From a virus: 64,000 nt of DNA. Location of the stretch: positions 29,011 to 93,010 of the IMG/VR virus record IMGVR_UViG_3300046665_000361. One strand, written 5' to 3'. Shown one piece after another: positions 49,137 through 58,335 of this stretch (position 1 is its first letter; every line of letters starts with the position of its first letter). The notes under the pieces are model-generated. The model did no database searches. It was given only the letters and a program-made list of their open reading frames with translations, and had not been told where the DNA came from. The translations under genes were made by a program, and so were the position numbers.

Positions 49137-51305
49137 ATGAGTTCGTTTCAACTACCAGAAATGCTAACACCGCCAGAAATGGTGCCTGTTAGCGGACTCA
49201 ATCCGTATTGGCCTTATGTCGCTGGTGCGCGGCAGGTAATGTTTACTGGCAACCAGGCTCAGATGTTGGTGATCACTGGTGCTGATCGTAAACGGCAACA
49301 ATCAGGCCTTGAGCGTGAGCATGCTCGTGGCACATTCTCCCACAAGTTCCGCAATGACGTTATTGTCCGCGCGGTAATCCCAAGGTTTGCATCTGTACGT
49401 TTCGGAGAGAAGTTTGAAATCAATCCCCTCGACCTGGTAATTGTCGAAGATTGGAAAACGAATGAACTGGATGTTATCGAACTGAGCAAGTTCCACGTAA
49501 TGCACCAGCACTACGGGTTCGAGTTCAAGTTTGATGACGATGTCTATCACCGGCTGATGACCGAGAAGAACGCCCGCTTCACCGCAGGCACCATCATCGC
49601 CAACTCGCCGAACGTGACTCCCGACGGGGACTATACTTACGGCGTTGAAACAAACGTTGCTTACATTTCCGATCCGGCAGGTACTGAGGACGGTGTAAAG
49701 TATTCGACCAGCTATGCGCAGAAGATCACGTCCACCGGTTTTGAAAGCCGGGTGATGTCATTCGGTAAGCGGTTCTATCCGGTTAACATCAACGGTACGC
49801 TGGACATCTATAAGCCATTGCCTGATGTCGGTGAGTTCATCGGCAGTAACGGTCTGTTGGCTGCCAGTCGTCCGTATGATCAGAAGTACGATGCAGTCTG
49901 CATGACTCGCAACAAACTCCTGAAGCAGGTCTACGGTCTCGATCAAACCACCTGGGCTATCCCCGGCGCTCGTGTTGTGGACATCAAGGTGCTGCACAAC
50001 GATCGGGTGAAGAATCCGAAGTTGCCTGAAGAGATGACTCGTCAGTTCCGTAAGTATTACGAAGCTGATCAGCGCTTCTATTCGGAACTGATCAAGGTGT
50101 GTCTGTTCCGTAAAGGCAAGTACATGGCTGAAGATGTGAACATGACCCCCCGGTTATGGGCACTGTTGTACGAAGCCATTGCTCGTGCTGGCGAAAGTCT
50201 GGTAGATCAAGGCCTGTGGCCTCGTGAGCAGATTGACCTGCTGCGTATCGCCAAGAACTTCCGTGGCGAGAAGCTGGATGAGTGGCGTGTTGAAGTTATC
50301 TTTCAATACATCACCTCGGTCAGCGAAGGTCGGAAAGTTACTGACATCCAGGGTAGTAAGGGTGTTGGTGCTTCGGTAGTGCCTGACGAGGACATGCCGG
50401 TAGATGATTTCGGTAACCGTGCCGATGTGGTCATCTTCTCCAACTCTGCCGTAAACCGTTTGAACACTGGCCGTCAACATGAGGCTGTGGTAGGCGCTGC
50501 TGGTCGTGACGTCATCAAACGCATCCGTCGGAACTTCGGTTTGCCAGACGTGGGCTTTATCCCAGAGTCCCAGATCCGCAAGACTGTGTTGAACCAGGAT
50601 CTGAATGCGTTGGCAATGAAGAGCTTTGGCTACCTGATGGGCTTCTACCAACTGGTCTCGCCAAAACTGTTTACGCTGATGAGTCGCCCTAACGTGATCC
50701 CGGAAGGCCGCCACCTGAGTCACCTGATCAAGGTCATTCAAGACGGTGAGCATCCGTACGGTCTGTTCATCCACCTGCCGTCGAACTCTGGCGTCAAGAT
50801 GGACCACGTTATCCGGACTATCAAAGATGGTCCTTACATGCCAGAGATGAGTCCACTGACCTTCCGAGGTCTGGATGGGCGGATGAAGCGCACCAAGCGC
50901 AACGAACTCATCGGTCCGAACTACTATCTGTGTCTTGAGAAGACGGCAACTGACTGGTCGGGCATCAGTTCTTCGAAACTGGGGCCGTTCGGTACACCGT
51001 CCAAACTCACGAATGCGGATAAGTTCTCGTCACCTGGTCGTGAAACCGGCACTAAAACCACCGGTGAGTCGGAATGGCGTAACCTGGCAGCTGCAATGGG
51101 CGCATGGCCTTTGGCGCACATTGCGGATCTGAACAACAACCCGGTACATCACAAGGAAGCGTGTATCTCGATCTACACTTCGGATACTCCGACCAACCTC
51201 GAATCGGTCATCGATCGTGAGAAGTTCAAGTTGGGTAACCACAGACCGCTCCAGTGGGTCATCCACCAGCTGATCTGTTCCGGCAAGAATATCTCCAGGG
51301 CGTAA
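49137..51305 (+). CDS. nvRNAP beta subunit, C-terminal part (phiKZ gp71-73-like), uninterrupted
   Basis: TEDG, G.KVTD.QGSKGV, RADVV...NR.N.G and GESE beta motifs. Confidence 0.9.
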   Translation: MSSFQLPEMLTPPEMVPVSGLNPYWPYVAGARQVMFTGNQAQMLVITGADRKRQQSGLEREHARGTFSHKFRNDVIVRAVIPRFASVRFGEKFEINPLDLVIVEDWKTNELDVIELSKFHVMHQHYGFEFKFDDDVYHRLMTEKNARFTAGTIIANSPNVTPDGDYTYGVETNVAYISDPAGTEDGVKYSTSYAQKITSTGFESRVMSFGKRFYPVNINGTLDIYKPLPDVGEFIGSNGLLAASRPYDQKYDAVCMTRNKLLKQVYGLDQTTWAIPGARVVDIKVLHNDRVKNPKLPEEMTRQFRKYYEADQRFYSELIKVCLFRKGKYMAEDVNMTPRLWALLYEAIARAGESLVDQGLWPREQIDLLRIAKNFRGEKLDEWRVEVIFQYITSVSEGRKVTDIQGSKGVGASVVPDEDMPVDDFGNRADVVIFSNSAVNRLNTGRQHEAVVGAAGRDVIKRIRRNFGLPDVGFIPESQIRKTVLNQDLNALAMKSFGYLMGFYQLVSPKLFTLMSRPNVIPEGRHLSHLIKVIQDGEHPYGLFIHLPSNSGVKMDHVIRTIKDGPYMPEMSPLTFRGLDGRMKRTKRNELIGPNYYLCLEKTATDWSGISSSKLGPFGTPSKLTNADKFSSPGRETGTKTTGESEWRNLAAAMGAWPLAHIADLNNNPVHHKEACISIYTSDTPTNLESVIDREKFKLGNHRPLQWVIHQLICSGKNISRA

Positions 51306-51332
51306 AGCCCTGGATGTTGGATAGGGGTAACC

Positions 51333-53315
51333 ATGCGTATACACAACCGATACCACGCAAGAGATCTATTGAAAGCTCCACGAGAGATCTGGCCCTGTCA
51401 GCCACTCGAAGAGTTTGTACTGGTATTTGACAATGGGGAAGAGCAGGTCACCAACACCTACCGGGTGGAGATCTCCAGGAAGATCTGGCATATCCACGAA
51501 CATTACCCGGAACTGCCGTTGCTGCCAGCTCACCACATTGGCGTCGGTCCTCTCAGCCAAGAGCGCATCCAGGATGTGCAATCGGCTATCATGGAAGATG
51601 TCCACATCACCTTCGGGGAAAATGGATATAACCGTGAGGAAGCCTGGCGTACGGGTTACTATTCTTCGAACAGGCTCTATAACGAGTCCATCGTCGAATA
51701 CGGGGAATACATCTGCGGCAGTAACTCGTTTGACTACCAGGAGATCTACGACTATCCGCCGGTAGCAGCTGCTCGCGAGGAGGCTATTGAAAAGGCCACC
51801 AAGCTTGCCATCGAGAAAGCGTACGATACGGTCAAACTGATCCTCGAACGCGATCCCTTCCTTGCTCGAAATCCGATCATCATGGATATCAGGGCAAAGA
51901 CGATCAAGATGGAACAGTTGTTGCAGATCATCGTGGTCCGTGGGTTCAACACCGACATCGACGGTTTCGTATATAAGCGCCCGATCCTGGGCAATTATTA
52001 CGCAGGGATTCACGATTCTGCGGAAACCATGATGGAGTCGACACTGGCTGCTAAAGCGATTATCCACACCGGTGCTCCTCTTGAGCAGACGGAATACGGT
52101 AACCGCAAGATGCAGTTCACATCGGCGCAGGTAGACCTGCTGATCATGAACGATTGCCGGTCGAATGTACTGGCACCTATCCACGTCACTAAGGCCCGGC
52201 TGAAAGGCATGGACGGTCTGAACTATGTGGACGATAAAGGTAAGCTGAAGGTCTTGCGTCGCTGGGATACCGCTCTGATCGGTGAGACGCTGAACTTCCG
52301 CCTGCCGTTCAACTGCGCGTATCGTCACCACAACTGTGTGTGCCGTACCTGTTACGGTGAACTGTCGTACAACATCCCGTATGGCGCCAACATCGGCCAT
52401 ATCGCCTCCACCATGACCCAGTCTGAGATCTCTCAGCAGGTGTTGAAGGTGAAGCACTCTGAAGCATCGGCCTCCGCCGACCCGATCACGATTGGCCAAG
52501 AAGAACGGCCGTATATCCTGCCGGGCGCTGAGAACAACATGATCCGTCTCAACCCGCGTCTTGCTACCAAGGGTATCAAACTCTTGCTGCGCGCGCAGGC
52601 TAAGGATGGGGTGATCAATGCCTCCAAGCTGCCGATCATCAAACGTGCTGATGTAAAGGAAGGGATGTCGACTCAACGGTTCAGCCAGTTCCGTGATGCA
52701 ACCTTTGAAGAACCACGCATTGAAGGTAAGCAACCATCTCGCTACCACGTATCGGTATCTCGTGGTACGCGTACGGCGTTCCTGAGTCCTGAGTTCCTGC
52801 GGTTCTTCATGAACCACAAGTTCCGGATCAAGGATGATGGCTATTATCACATCGACCTCGACGACTGGAACTTCGACAACCCAGTATTCGAACTGCCTAA
52901 CCGCCACACCAGCATGAAAGACTTTGCTGGTGAAGTGGAAGCGATGATCCGCTCTACACGGGATTCTTCGAACAAGCATCTGGGACGCATCAAGCAGCTG
53001 GTAGGCTACGATGATCCGGGAGAAGCATTGCTCGACCTGTATGAGCTGATCTCGTCTAAGGTAGGCGTACACATGACGCACGTCAGTGTCGTGATGTTGT
53101 CGATGATGGTCTCCAAGACAAGGACTGGCGACTACCGCATTCCTCCATTGGGCGAACCTACCCGGTTTGCGAAGTACGACCATGTAATGGGTGGCCGATC
53201 CATGGGCCCATTCTTCGCCTACCAAGGTGGAGGTAAGCTCCTGGAAACTCTCGAAGCGTATCTGGTCGAGAACAGACCGCCGCACCTGCTGGACCCGTCA
53301 CTCATGCCGACGTGA
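51333..53315 (+). CDS. nvRNAP beta' C-terminal subunit (phiKZ gp74-like)
   Basis: EYGNRK bridge-helix-like segment, DC, zinc site C....VCRTCYG, and SQQVLKVKH trigger loop. Confidence 0.88.
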   Translation: MRIHNRYHARDLLKAPREIWPCQPLEEFVLVFDNGEEQVTNTYRVEISRKIWHIHEHYPELPLLPAHHIGVGPLSQERIQDVQSAIMEDVHITFGENGYNREEAWRTGYYSSNRLYNESIVEYGEYICGSNSFDYQEIYDYPPVAAAREEAIEKATKLAIEKAYDTVKLILERDPFLARNPIIMDIRAKTIKMEQLLQIIVVRGFNTDIDGFVYKRPILGNYYAGIHDSAETMMESTLAAKAIIHTGAPLEQTEYGNRKMQFTSAQVDLLIMNDCRSNVLAPIHVTKARLKGMDGLNYVDDKGKLKVLRRWDTALIGETLNFRLPFNCAYRHHNCVCRTCYGELSYNIPYGANIGHIASTMTQSEISQQVLKVKHSEASASADPITIGQEERPYILPGAENNMIRLNPRLATKGIKLLLRAQAKDGVINASKLPIIKRADVKEGMSTQRFSQFRDATFEEPRIEGKQPSRYHVSVSRGTRTAFLSPEFLRFFMNHKFRIKDDGYYHIDLDDWNFDNPVFELPNRHTSMKDFAGEVEAMIRSTRDSSNKHLGRIKQLVGYDDPGEALLDLYELISSKVGVHMTHVSVVMLSMMVSKTRTGDYRIPPLGEPTRFAKYDHVMGGRSMGPFFAYQGGGKLLETLEAYLVENRPPHLLDPSLMPT

Positions 53316-53323
53316 CACAAGAC

Positions 53324-53353
53324 TACAGGCGGGGTGATCCCCGCCTGTATGCC
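53324..53353 (+). terminator. Hairpin family copy followed by TATGCC
   Basis: TACAGGCGGGG-TGAT-CCCCGCCTGTATGCC. Confidence 0.7.
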
Positions 53354-53374
53354 GTTAATTACTGGGGATTTGTA

Positions 53375-54070
53375 ATGAAAGATTTAGAACTAGCTGAACA
53401 ACAAACTCGTGAATTCATGGCAAACGAGTTCAAAGAATACCACGACCTTACGGGACTTACCGAGTTCAAACACTATCAAAGTGGCCCGCACGAACGTAAT
53501 CAGCATTATCTGGAAGTGAAAGGTAATGTCATCACACTCGGCCATATCGGTGAAAACCTGGTCCTTTACAAAGGGACGATCGACGGTAAGGAAGGAGAGA
53601 TAGATAAGACCTTCTTCCGGGATAAGCTGAATTCATTGCGCGAACGCCACTCCAGCCCTTTGCTCGCCGATACCAATCTTGAACTTAGAATCCACGGCGA
53701 TCTTCGTCGTATAGCTGCAAAGATCAATTTCAGAGCAAGAGACATTTGGAATGCGCGCTTAATTCTGACCTGTGATCACGACGCAGGCGTCACTACAGCG
53801 CCACCGGACATTGATGACGACCATCCCGCCGCATCACCGCTTCCTCCAATAGTGCTTACTCTCTATAATCCAAATAACCCTCATGTCAAAGTAAAACTGG
53901 ATTCGATCTGGACCAGGGTAGATGGTAATGAATACCATCTAACCCCTACAGAAACGTCGTTTGTAATCCACAAAATAGAAGATACTTCCGGCGCACTTAC
54001 TCCTGTCACGCAGTTGATTGTGGCGTATGACCACACGATTCGCGCCTACATTTTCTACCGGTTCAAATAA
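53375..54070 (+). CDS. Hypothetical protein with atypical AT-richer codons
   Basis: ORF 53312..54070; likely ATG 53375 after the hairpin. Confidence 0.65.
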   Translation: MKDLELAEQQTREFMANEFKEYHDLTGLTEFKHYQSGPHERNQHYLEVKGNVITLGHIGENLVLYKGTIDGKEGEIDKTFFRDKLNSLRERHSSPLLADTNLELRIHGDLRRIAAKINFRARDIWNARLILTCDHDAGVTTAPPDIDDDHPAASPLPPIVLTLYNPNNPHVKVKLDSIWTRVDGNEYHLTPTETSFVIHKIEDTSGALTPVTQLIVAYDHTIRAYIFYRFK

Positions 54071-54136
54071 TAATTATCCGCCTAACGGACGACCTCGCGC
54101 TTTATTGTGTGGGAATACCGTCCGTTAGGTGTCGAT

Positions 54137-54946
54137 ATGCAAACTAAAGAGAAATGTTGGGTGTTTACCCTGACGCACCTCCCTACTGGGAATTTTTTTG
54201 TAGGTATCACAGCACACCCCAATGTCCAACAAGCCACATTCAAGAAGCTCTTGGAAAGCGGAAAGTATAACGATATCCGATTCCAGAAGCTGTTCAAATC
54301 CTGGAGTGAAATGGAGTACGGCCTAGACCAGTACCCTGACGAAGAACAGGCGAATGTAGAAATGCAAAATACCCTCTTATCATGTAAGGGGAATCCTAAG
54401 TGCTTGAATAACCCCGTGTTTCCAGCAGGCGGTTACATCATGGCAGACCACCCGCACTTCAACCAGTACATGAATCGGTTCGAAGGTATATCGTGCGTCT
54501 ACGTCTTGAAGAACAAGCGTACAGGACATTTCTACATCGGGAGCACCAAGTCTGTCTCTACCCGTACCAAGACTCACTTGCGGGAATTGAAGGAAGGTGT
54601 TCACCACTGTTACAAACTTCAGAAAGACTATCGCGGTCTCTCTGGAATTGAATTTGGTGTATTTCCAGCAGGAGAAGTCGCTGATGCCAGAAAGCTCGAG
54701 CAGAAGATGCTCGATATGTTCCATGGCAAAGACGGCTGCTTAAACTCCTCCAACTCAGCGTACAGCAATTACAATGAAGTGCCTGAAGAATGGAAGCACC
54801 GCTATTACAAAGGGTCGATGCGTGACCCCAATGTGAAGAAGCGTCCAAAACCTGCGTCGAGACCTAGCCAACCGTCTAGCGTCACTAAACCTTCGTATGC
54901 GTTCAAACAGCCGCTATTCGCAAAATCCAGGAGTGCGTTACTTTGA
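54137..54946 (+). CDS. GIY-YIG endonuclease, probably a free-standing homing endonuclease
   Basis: CVYVLKNKRTGHFYIGST...R...H...E...N, plus a second degenerate copy WVFTLTHLPTGNFFVGIT. Confidence 0.82.
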   Translation: MQTKEKCWVFTLTHLPTGNFFVGITAHPNVQQATFKKLLESGKYNDIRFQKLFKSWSEMEYGLDQYPDEEQANVEMQNTLLSCKGNPKCLNNPVFPAGGYIMADHPHFNQYMNRFEGISCVYVLKNKRTGHFYIGSTKSVSTRTKTHLRELKEGVHHCYKLQKDYRGLSGIEFGVFPAGEVADARKLEQKMLDMFHGKDGCLNSSNSAYSNYNEVPEEWKHRYYKGSMRDPNVKKRPKPASRPSQPSSVTKPSYAFKQPLFAKSRSALL

Positions 54947-56463
54947 GAATCGACGTATACAGCCACTCCTACATCGTGAGTGAGCTAAATGATCGGCAGT
55001 TAAAAGCGATCATGAAATTCGCCGGTATGTTTACTGAGTATGAGTTAACGTTCGAGGGCGGTAGACGCGAACGAGTAGCCAAACGCAGCTTCGTTACAGG
55101 TAATGTTCACAGCGGTATCTTCCACTTCCACATCAACTCCAGAAGCATGTTCTTCAAGACCATGGCGTATGAACAGATTGGCGTGGAGGAGATGAAAGTT
55201 GTCAAGCATGAGTTCCAGCTTGACGACAGCTACAAGGTCACGTTCCGTCCAACCGCTCTGTTGTACCCGCCGCGTGAGGATCAGCCTGAGATCATCGCTA
55301 AGGTCCTCTCACCGGGTGCTAACAAGATCGTGACAGCCCAACCGGGGTTTGGTAAGACTCTGGTCACTATGCACTGCATGAATCAGATGCAATTGCGTAC
55401 TGCGGCGTTCATGAAGTCAAGCTATCTCGACCGATGGGAGCCTGACCTTGAAACCATGTTTGACATCAAGAAGCGAGAACTGTTGATCATCCGTGGTGGT
55501 CAGTCTCTGCGTAACTTGATGGAGATGGCGATGGATGGTGATAGCATCGGGGCGATTAACATCATCTCGATCAACACCTTCTCGCAATATCTCACCGACT
55601 GGGAAAAAGAAGGTAAGGATTGCAAATACCCGATTGCCCCAATCGACTTCTTCAAGAAGTGCAAGATCGGGTTTGGCGTACTCGATGAGGCGCACCAGAA
55701 CCCGCATCAGGTCATGCGGATGTTCAGTTTCATGGACATCTACAAGTTCTTGAGTTTGACCGCCACACCGAACTCCAGCAATACGTTCATCAATTCGATC
55801 ATGAAGATGATGTACCCACTTGCTGAAAGGATCTGCCCTGCGGTCTACAAACAGTTCATCAGGGTAACGGCCATCCGGTACGGGCTGAGTAAGCCAAAAG
55901 CTGTTCGATACAAAGGTTGGGGCGGTGCCTATAACCACGTCCAATTCGAACAGTCGCTGATGACCAAGAAGAATAAGGAACTGTTGATTTCCTATGTCCA
56001 CATGATCGACTATTACGTAGATCGTGAGTACATCTCGGTAAGAGAGCAGGGCCAGAAGGCTGTGGTGTTCTGTGCTACGGTGAATATGTGCATGCACATC
56101 GTCAAGTTCTTCAAACGCAAGTACCCTCACCTGAACACGGTGAAGTATACCAGCGAAGATGAAATGACGGTGTTCAAGGATGCTGACATCGCGGTCAGTA
56201 CAGTACTCTCCGCCGGTACGGCAGTAGACATCCCTGGGCTGAGGTATAACCTGATGACCACTGTAGTTGACTCTCAGCAGTCTAACGAACAGACCATGGG
56301 TCGTACTCGGCCATTAAAAGACTGGCCTCACATCGATCCGGTGTTCCATTACTTCGTATGTAATGACATCGAGAAGACCATCAAATACCACGAGAACAAG
56401 AAGGACTTCTTTACTGGTAAGGTCAAGAGTCACGGTAGCGAGTTTGCTCCGTGTAGAGTGTAA
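54943..56463 (+). CDS. SF2 helicase (phiKZ gp75-like)
   Basis: AQPGFGKT, DEAH, TAT and QTMGRTR motifs. Confidence 0.9.
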   Translation: MRIDVYSHSYIVSELNDRQLKAIMKFAGMFTEYELTFEGGRRERVAKRSFVTGNVHSGIFHFHINSRSMFFKTMAYEQIGVEEMKVVKHEFQLDDSYKVTFRPTALLYPPREDQPEIIAKVLSPGANKIVTAQPGFGKTLVTMHCMNQMQLRTAAFMKSSYLDRWEPDLETMFDIKKRELLIIRGGQSLRNLMEMAMDGDSIGAINIISINTFSQYLTDWEKEGKDCKYPIAPIDFFKKCKIGFGVLDEAHQNPHQVMRMFSFMDIYKFLSLTATPNSSNTFINSIMKMMYPLAERICPAVYKQFIRVTAIRYGLSKPKAVRYKGWGGAYNHVQFEQSLMTKKNKELLISYVHMIDYYVDREYISVREQGQKAVVFCATVNMCMHIVKFFKRKYPHLNTVKYTSEDEMTVFKDADIAVSTVLSAGTAVDIPGLRYNLMTTVVDSQQSNEQTMGRTRPLKDWPHIDPVFHYFVCNDIEKTIKYHENKKDFFTGKVKSHGSEFAPCRV

Positions 56464-56465
56464 CG

Positions 56466-56494
56466 CAGCCGGGGGTTATCCCCGGCTGTATGCC
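56466..56494 (+). terminator. Hairpin family copy followed by TATGCC
   Basis: CAGCCGGGGG-TTAT-CCCCGGCTG-TATGCC. Confidence 0.7.
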
Positions 56495-56512
56495 CAATGG
56501 AGATTTATCGAA

Positions 56513-56716
56513 ATGACACTACAAATGAAATCAGAATACACTATGCCATTACTTCCATTTCAAACATTAGTTGCGCAGCAGAAATCTTCGAGAGCGTATA
56601 TTCGTGAACGGAATGAACTACTAGGTATCCCACAAATACCTGAAAGCGAACTTCCCAAACTACTCGAAGATCCAAGCCAGTTGCTTGGAATAACAGGTGT
56701 CGAACTTCGACAGTGA
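56513..56716 (+). CDS. Small hypothetical protein (67 aa)
   Basis: 3' part of ORF 56363..56716; GGAG SD; AT-rich. Confidence 0.55.
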   Translation: MTLQMKSEYTMPLLPFQTLVAQQKSSRAYIRERNELLGIPQIPESELPKLLEDPSQLLGITGVELRQ

Positions 56717-56720
56717 ACAA

Positions 56721-56766
56721 CATACAGCCGGGGCGTGAGCCCCGGCTGTAGTAGCTTCTTTTTTTT
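56721..56766. terminator. Bidirectional hairpin family copy
   Basis: CATACAGCCGGGGC-GTGA-GCCCCGGCTGTA followed by a T tract. Confidence 0.72.
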
Positions 56767-56769
56767 GTC

Positions 56770-58329
56770 TTATTCTGGAGTGTAGAAGTGGATGATGTTG
56801 CTGCGCTCTTGCTCGTTGGTGACGTAGCGCAGGATGGTGTTCAGGTTGCAGGTCCCTGGGTTGGAACGAGCATTCGGAGCACGGGTCTCGACCATCAGGG
56901 TCAGCAGGTACTCGTAAGTAGTCAGCGCCGACTTGGACAGGGAGATCATCGACCAGCCGCGGTGACGACGTTCCATCAAGAACAGGGTGTTGTAGTTGTC
57001 GTTCACGAAGTTCAGAACGATGTTCCAGCCTTCGTGGAACTCGGCCGGCTCACGGCGAATGACATCGCGCAACGTTTGCCACAGCGCTTTGTGGGCATCA
57101 CCAGCGCTCTTCTCGGTGAGATGTACCGCCGGTTTGATCATGACGGTACGAAACTCTTCCAGTTTCGATTTCAGTAGGGTGTTATTCATGTTTGCCTCAG
57201 TGGGTGATTCTTCCAGCGTATCGAGCAGACGACGAGCGCTGAAGGTGTCTTTCAGGCCGAGACGCTTGCGCAGGGCATCGACCATCTCTTCTTTCGAGTG
57301 AGGACTTCCGATCTCATCCAAGAGCGCGCTACGCAGCTCCAGGTGGGTCCAATGAGATACCGGCGCACCATCTCGCATAGAATCCTTGATCAGGACTCCG
57401 TGTTTCGTGTAGCCCGGTTTCTTGCCGGTCTTCACGTATTCGATAGCGTCTTCACGACTCCAGTTGCCCGGCAGTTTGTTACGACGATACAGCTCAGCGT
57501 AGATGTCGTCTTCATCCACGCCCTTCGGAGTCTTGATGTTACCATCGACCCAGTCGAGCAGAGAGTTGGCGGTCCATGCCTTGATGTTACGCTTGCGACG
57601 GATATCGACCGGCCATTCACCACGAGGAGTACGATGCGGTAACACCTGCTTGGTTTCAAACAGATAGAGCGAGTCGTAGTCCCAAGCTTCGAGAGCATCA
57701 TCTTCCAGAACGCCCTTCAGCTTCCGGCGCAGCTCTTCGTCGCTATAGCGAACAGCTGGAGCTTCAGGTTCAGGCTCGGCGCTATCAGCTGGCTCTTCTT
57801 CGGTGTCGTCAGTCTCGTCCTCGGGTCCAGGTACTGGAGCCTCAGGGATTTCAGGCGCAACGAATTCAGGGATCTCGATCTTGTCGATACTGGCCGGCGG
57901 CAGGTCGATGACGTTGATATCACCGCCTTCACCACCGCCTTGAGGGACTTCAGGATCGGCCTGTTCATCGACTGGAGGTTTATCTCCTTCACCGCCGTTG
58001 GTAGCGTCAGTAGCCTCTCCAGCGGTATCAACGCCGATGGCAGTGCCAGTAGGGTCGATAACCTGCTTCAAATCAGCCAGATCGGCAGGAGGGTTAGCGA
58101 TCACCTCACCTTCGATCTCCAGCTTCTCAGCATGGATGGTAACACCGCTGCCGTCAGGACCTTCTGCATGACCCTCTTTCAAGGCGGCCAGTTCTTCTTC
58201 GGTCAGAATGCTGTCGGATTCATCGGCGGTGTTTTCTTCCAGAGCGGCCACCAATTGATCTTGCAGAGAAGGAGCCTGTTCATTAACAGGAGTTTCGCTG
58301 CCAGTGTTCCGATTTCTATTCTTGCCCAT
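56770..58329 (-). CDS. Acidic protein with a disordered N-terminus and Trp-initiated repeats
   Basis: E/D/P-rich first ~190 aa, repeated W-[TS]-x-x-[ED]-L units, and a helical C-terminal domain. Confidence 0.7.
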   Translation of the reverse strand: MGKNRNRNTGSETPVNEQAPSLQDQLVAALEENTADESDSILTEEELAALKEGHAEGPDGSGVTIHAEKLEIEGEVIANPPADLADLKQVIDPTGTAIGVDTAGEATDATNGGEGDKPPVDEQADPEVPQGGGEGGDINVIDLPPASIDKIEIPEFVAPEIPEAPVPGPEDETDDTEEEPADSAEPEPEAPAVRYSDEELRRKLKGVLEDDALEAWDYDSLYLFETKQVLPHRTPRGEWPVDIRRKRNIKAWTANSLLDWVDGNIKTPKGVDEDDIYAELYRRNKLPGNWSREDAIEYVKTGKKPGYTKHGVLIKDSMRDGAPVSHWTHLELRSALLDEIGSPHSKEEMVDALRKRLGLKDTFSARRLLDTLEESPTEANMNNTLLKSKLEEFRTVMIKPAVHLTEKSAGDAHKALWQTLRDVIRREPAEFHEGWNIVLNFVNDNYNTLFLMERRHRGWSMISLSKSALTTYEYLLTLMVETRAPNARSNPGTCNLNTILRYVTNEQERSNIIHFYTPE

Positions 58330-58335
58330 TGTAAG

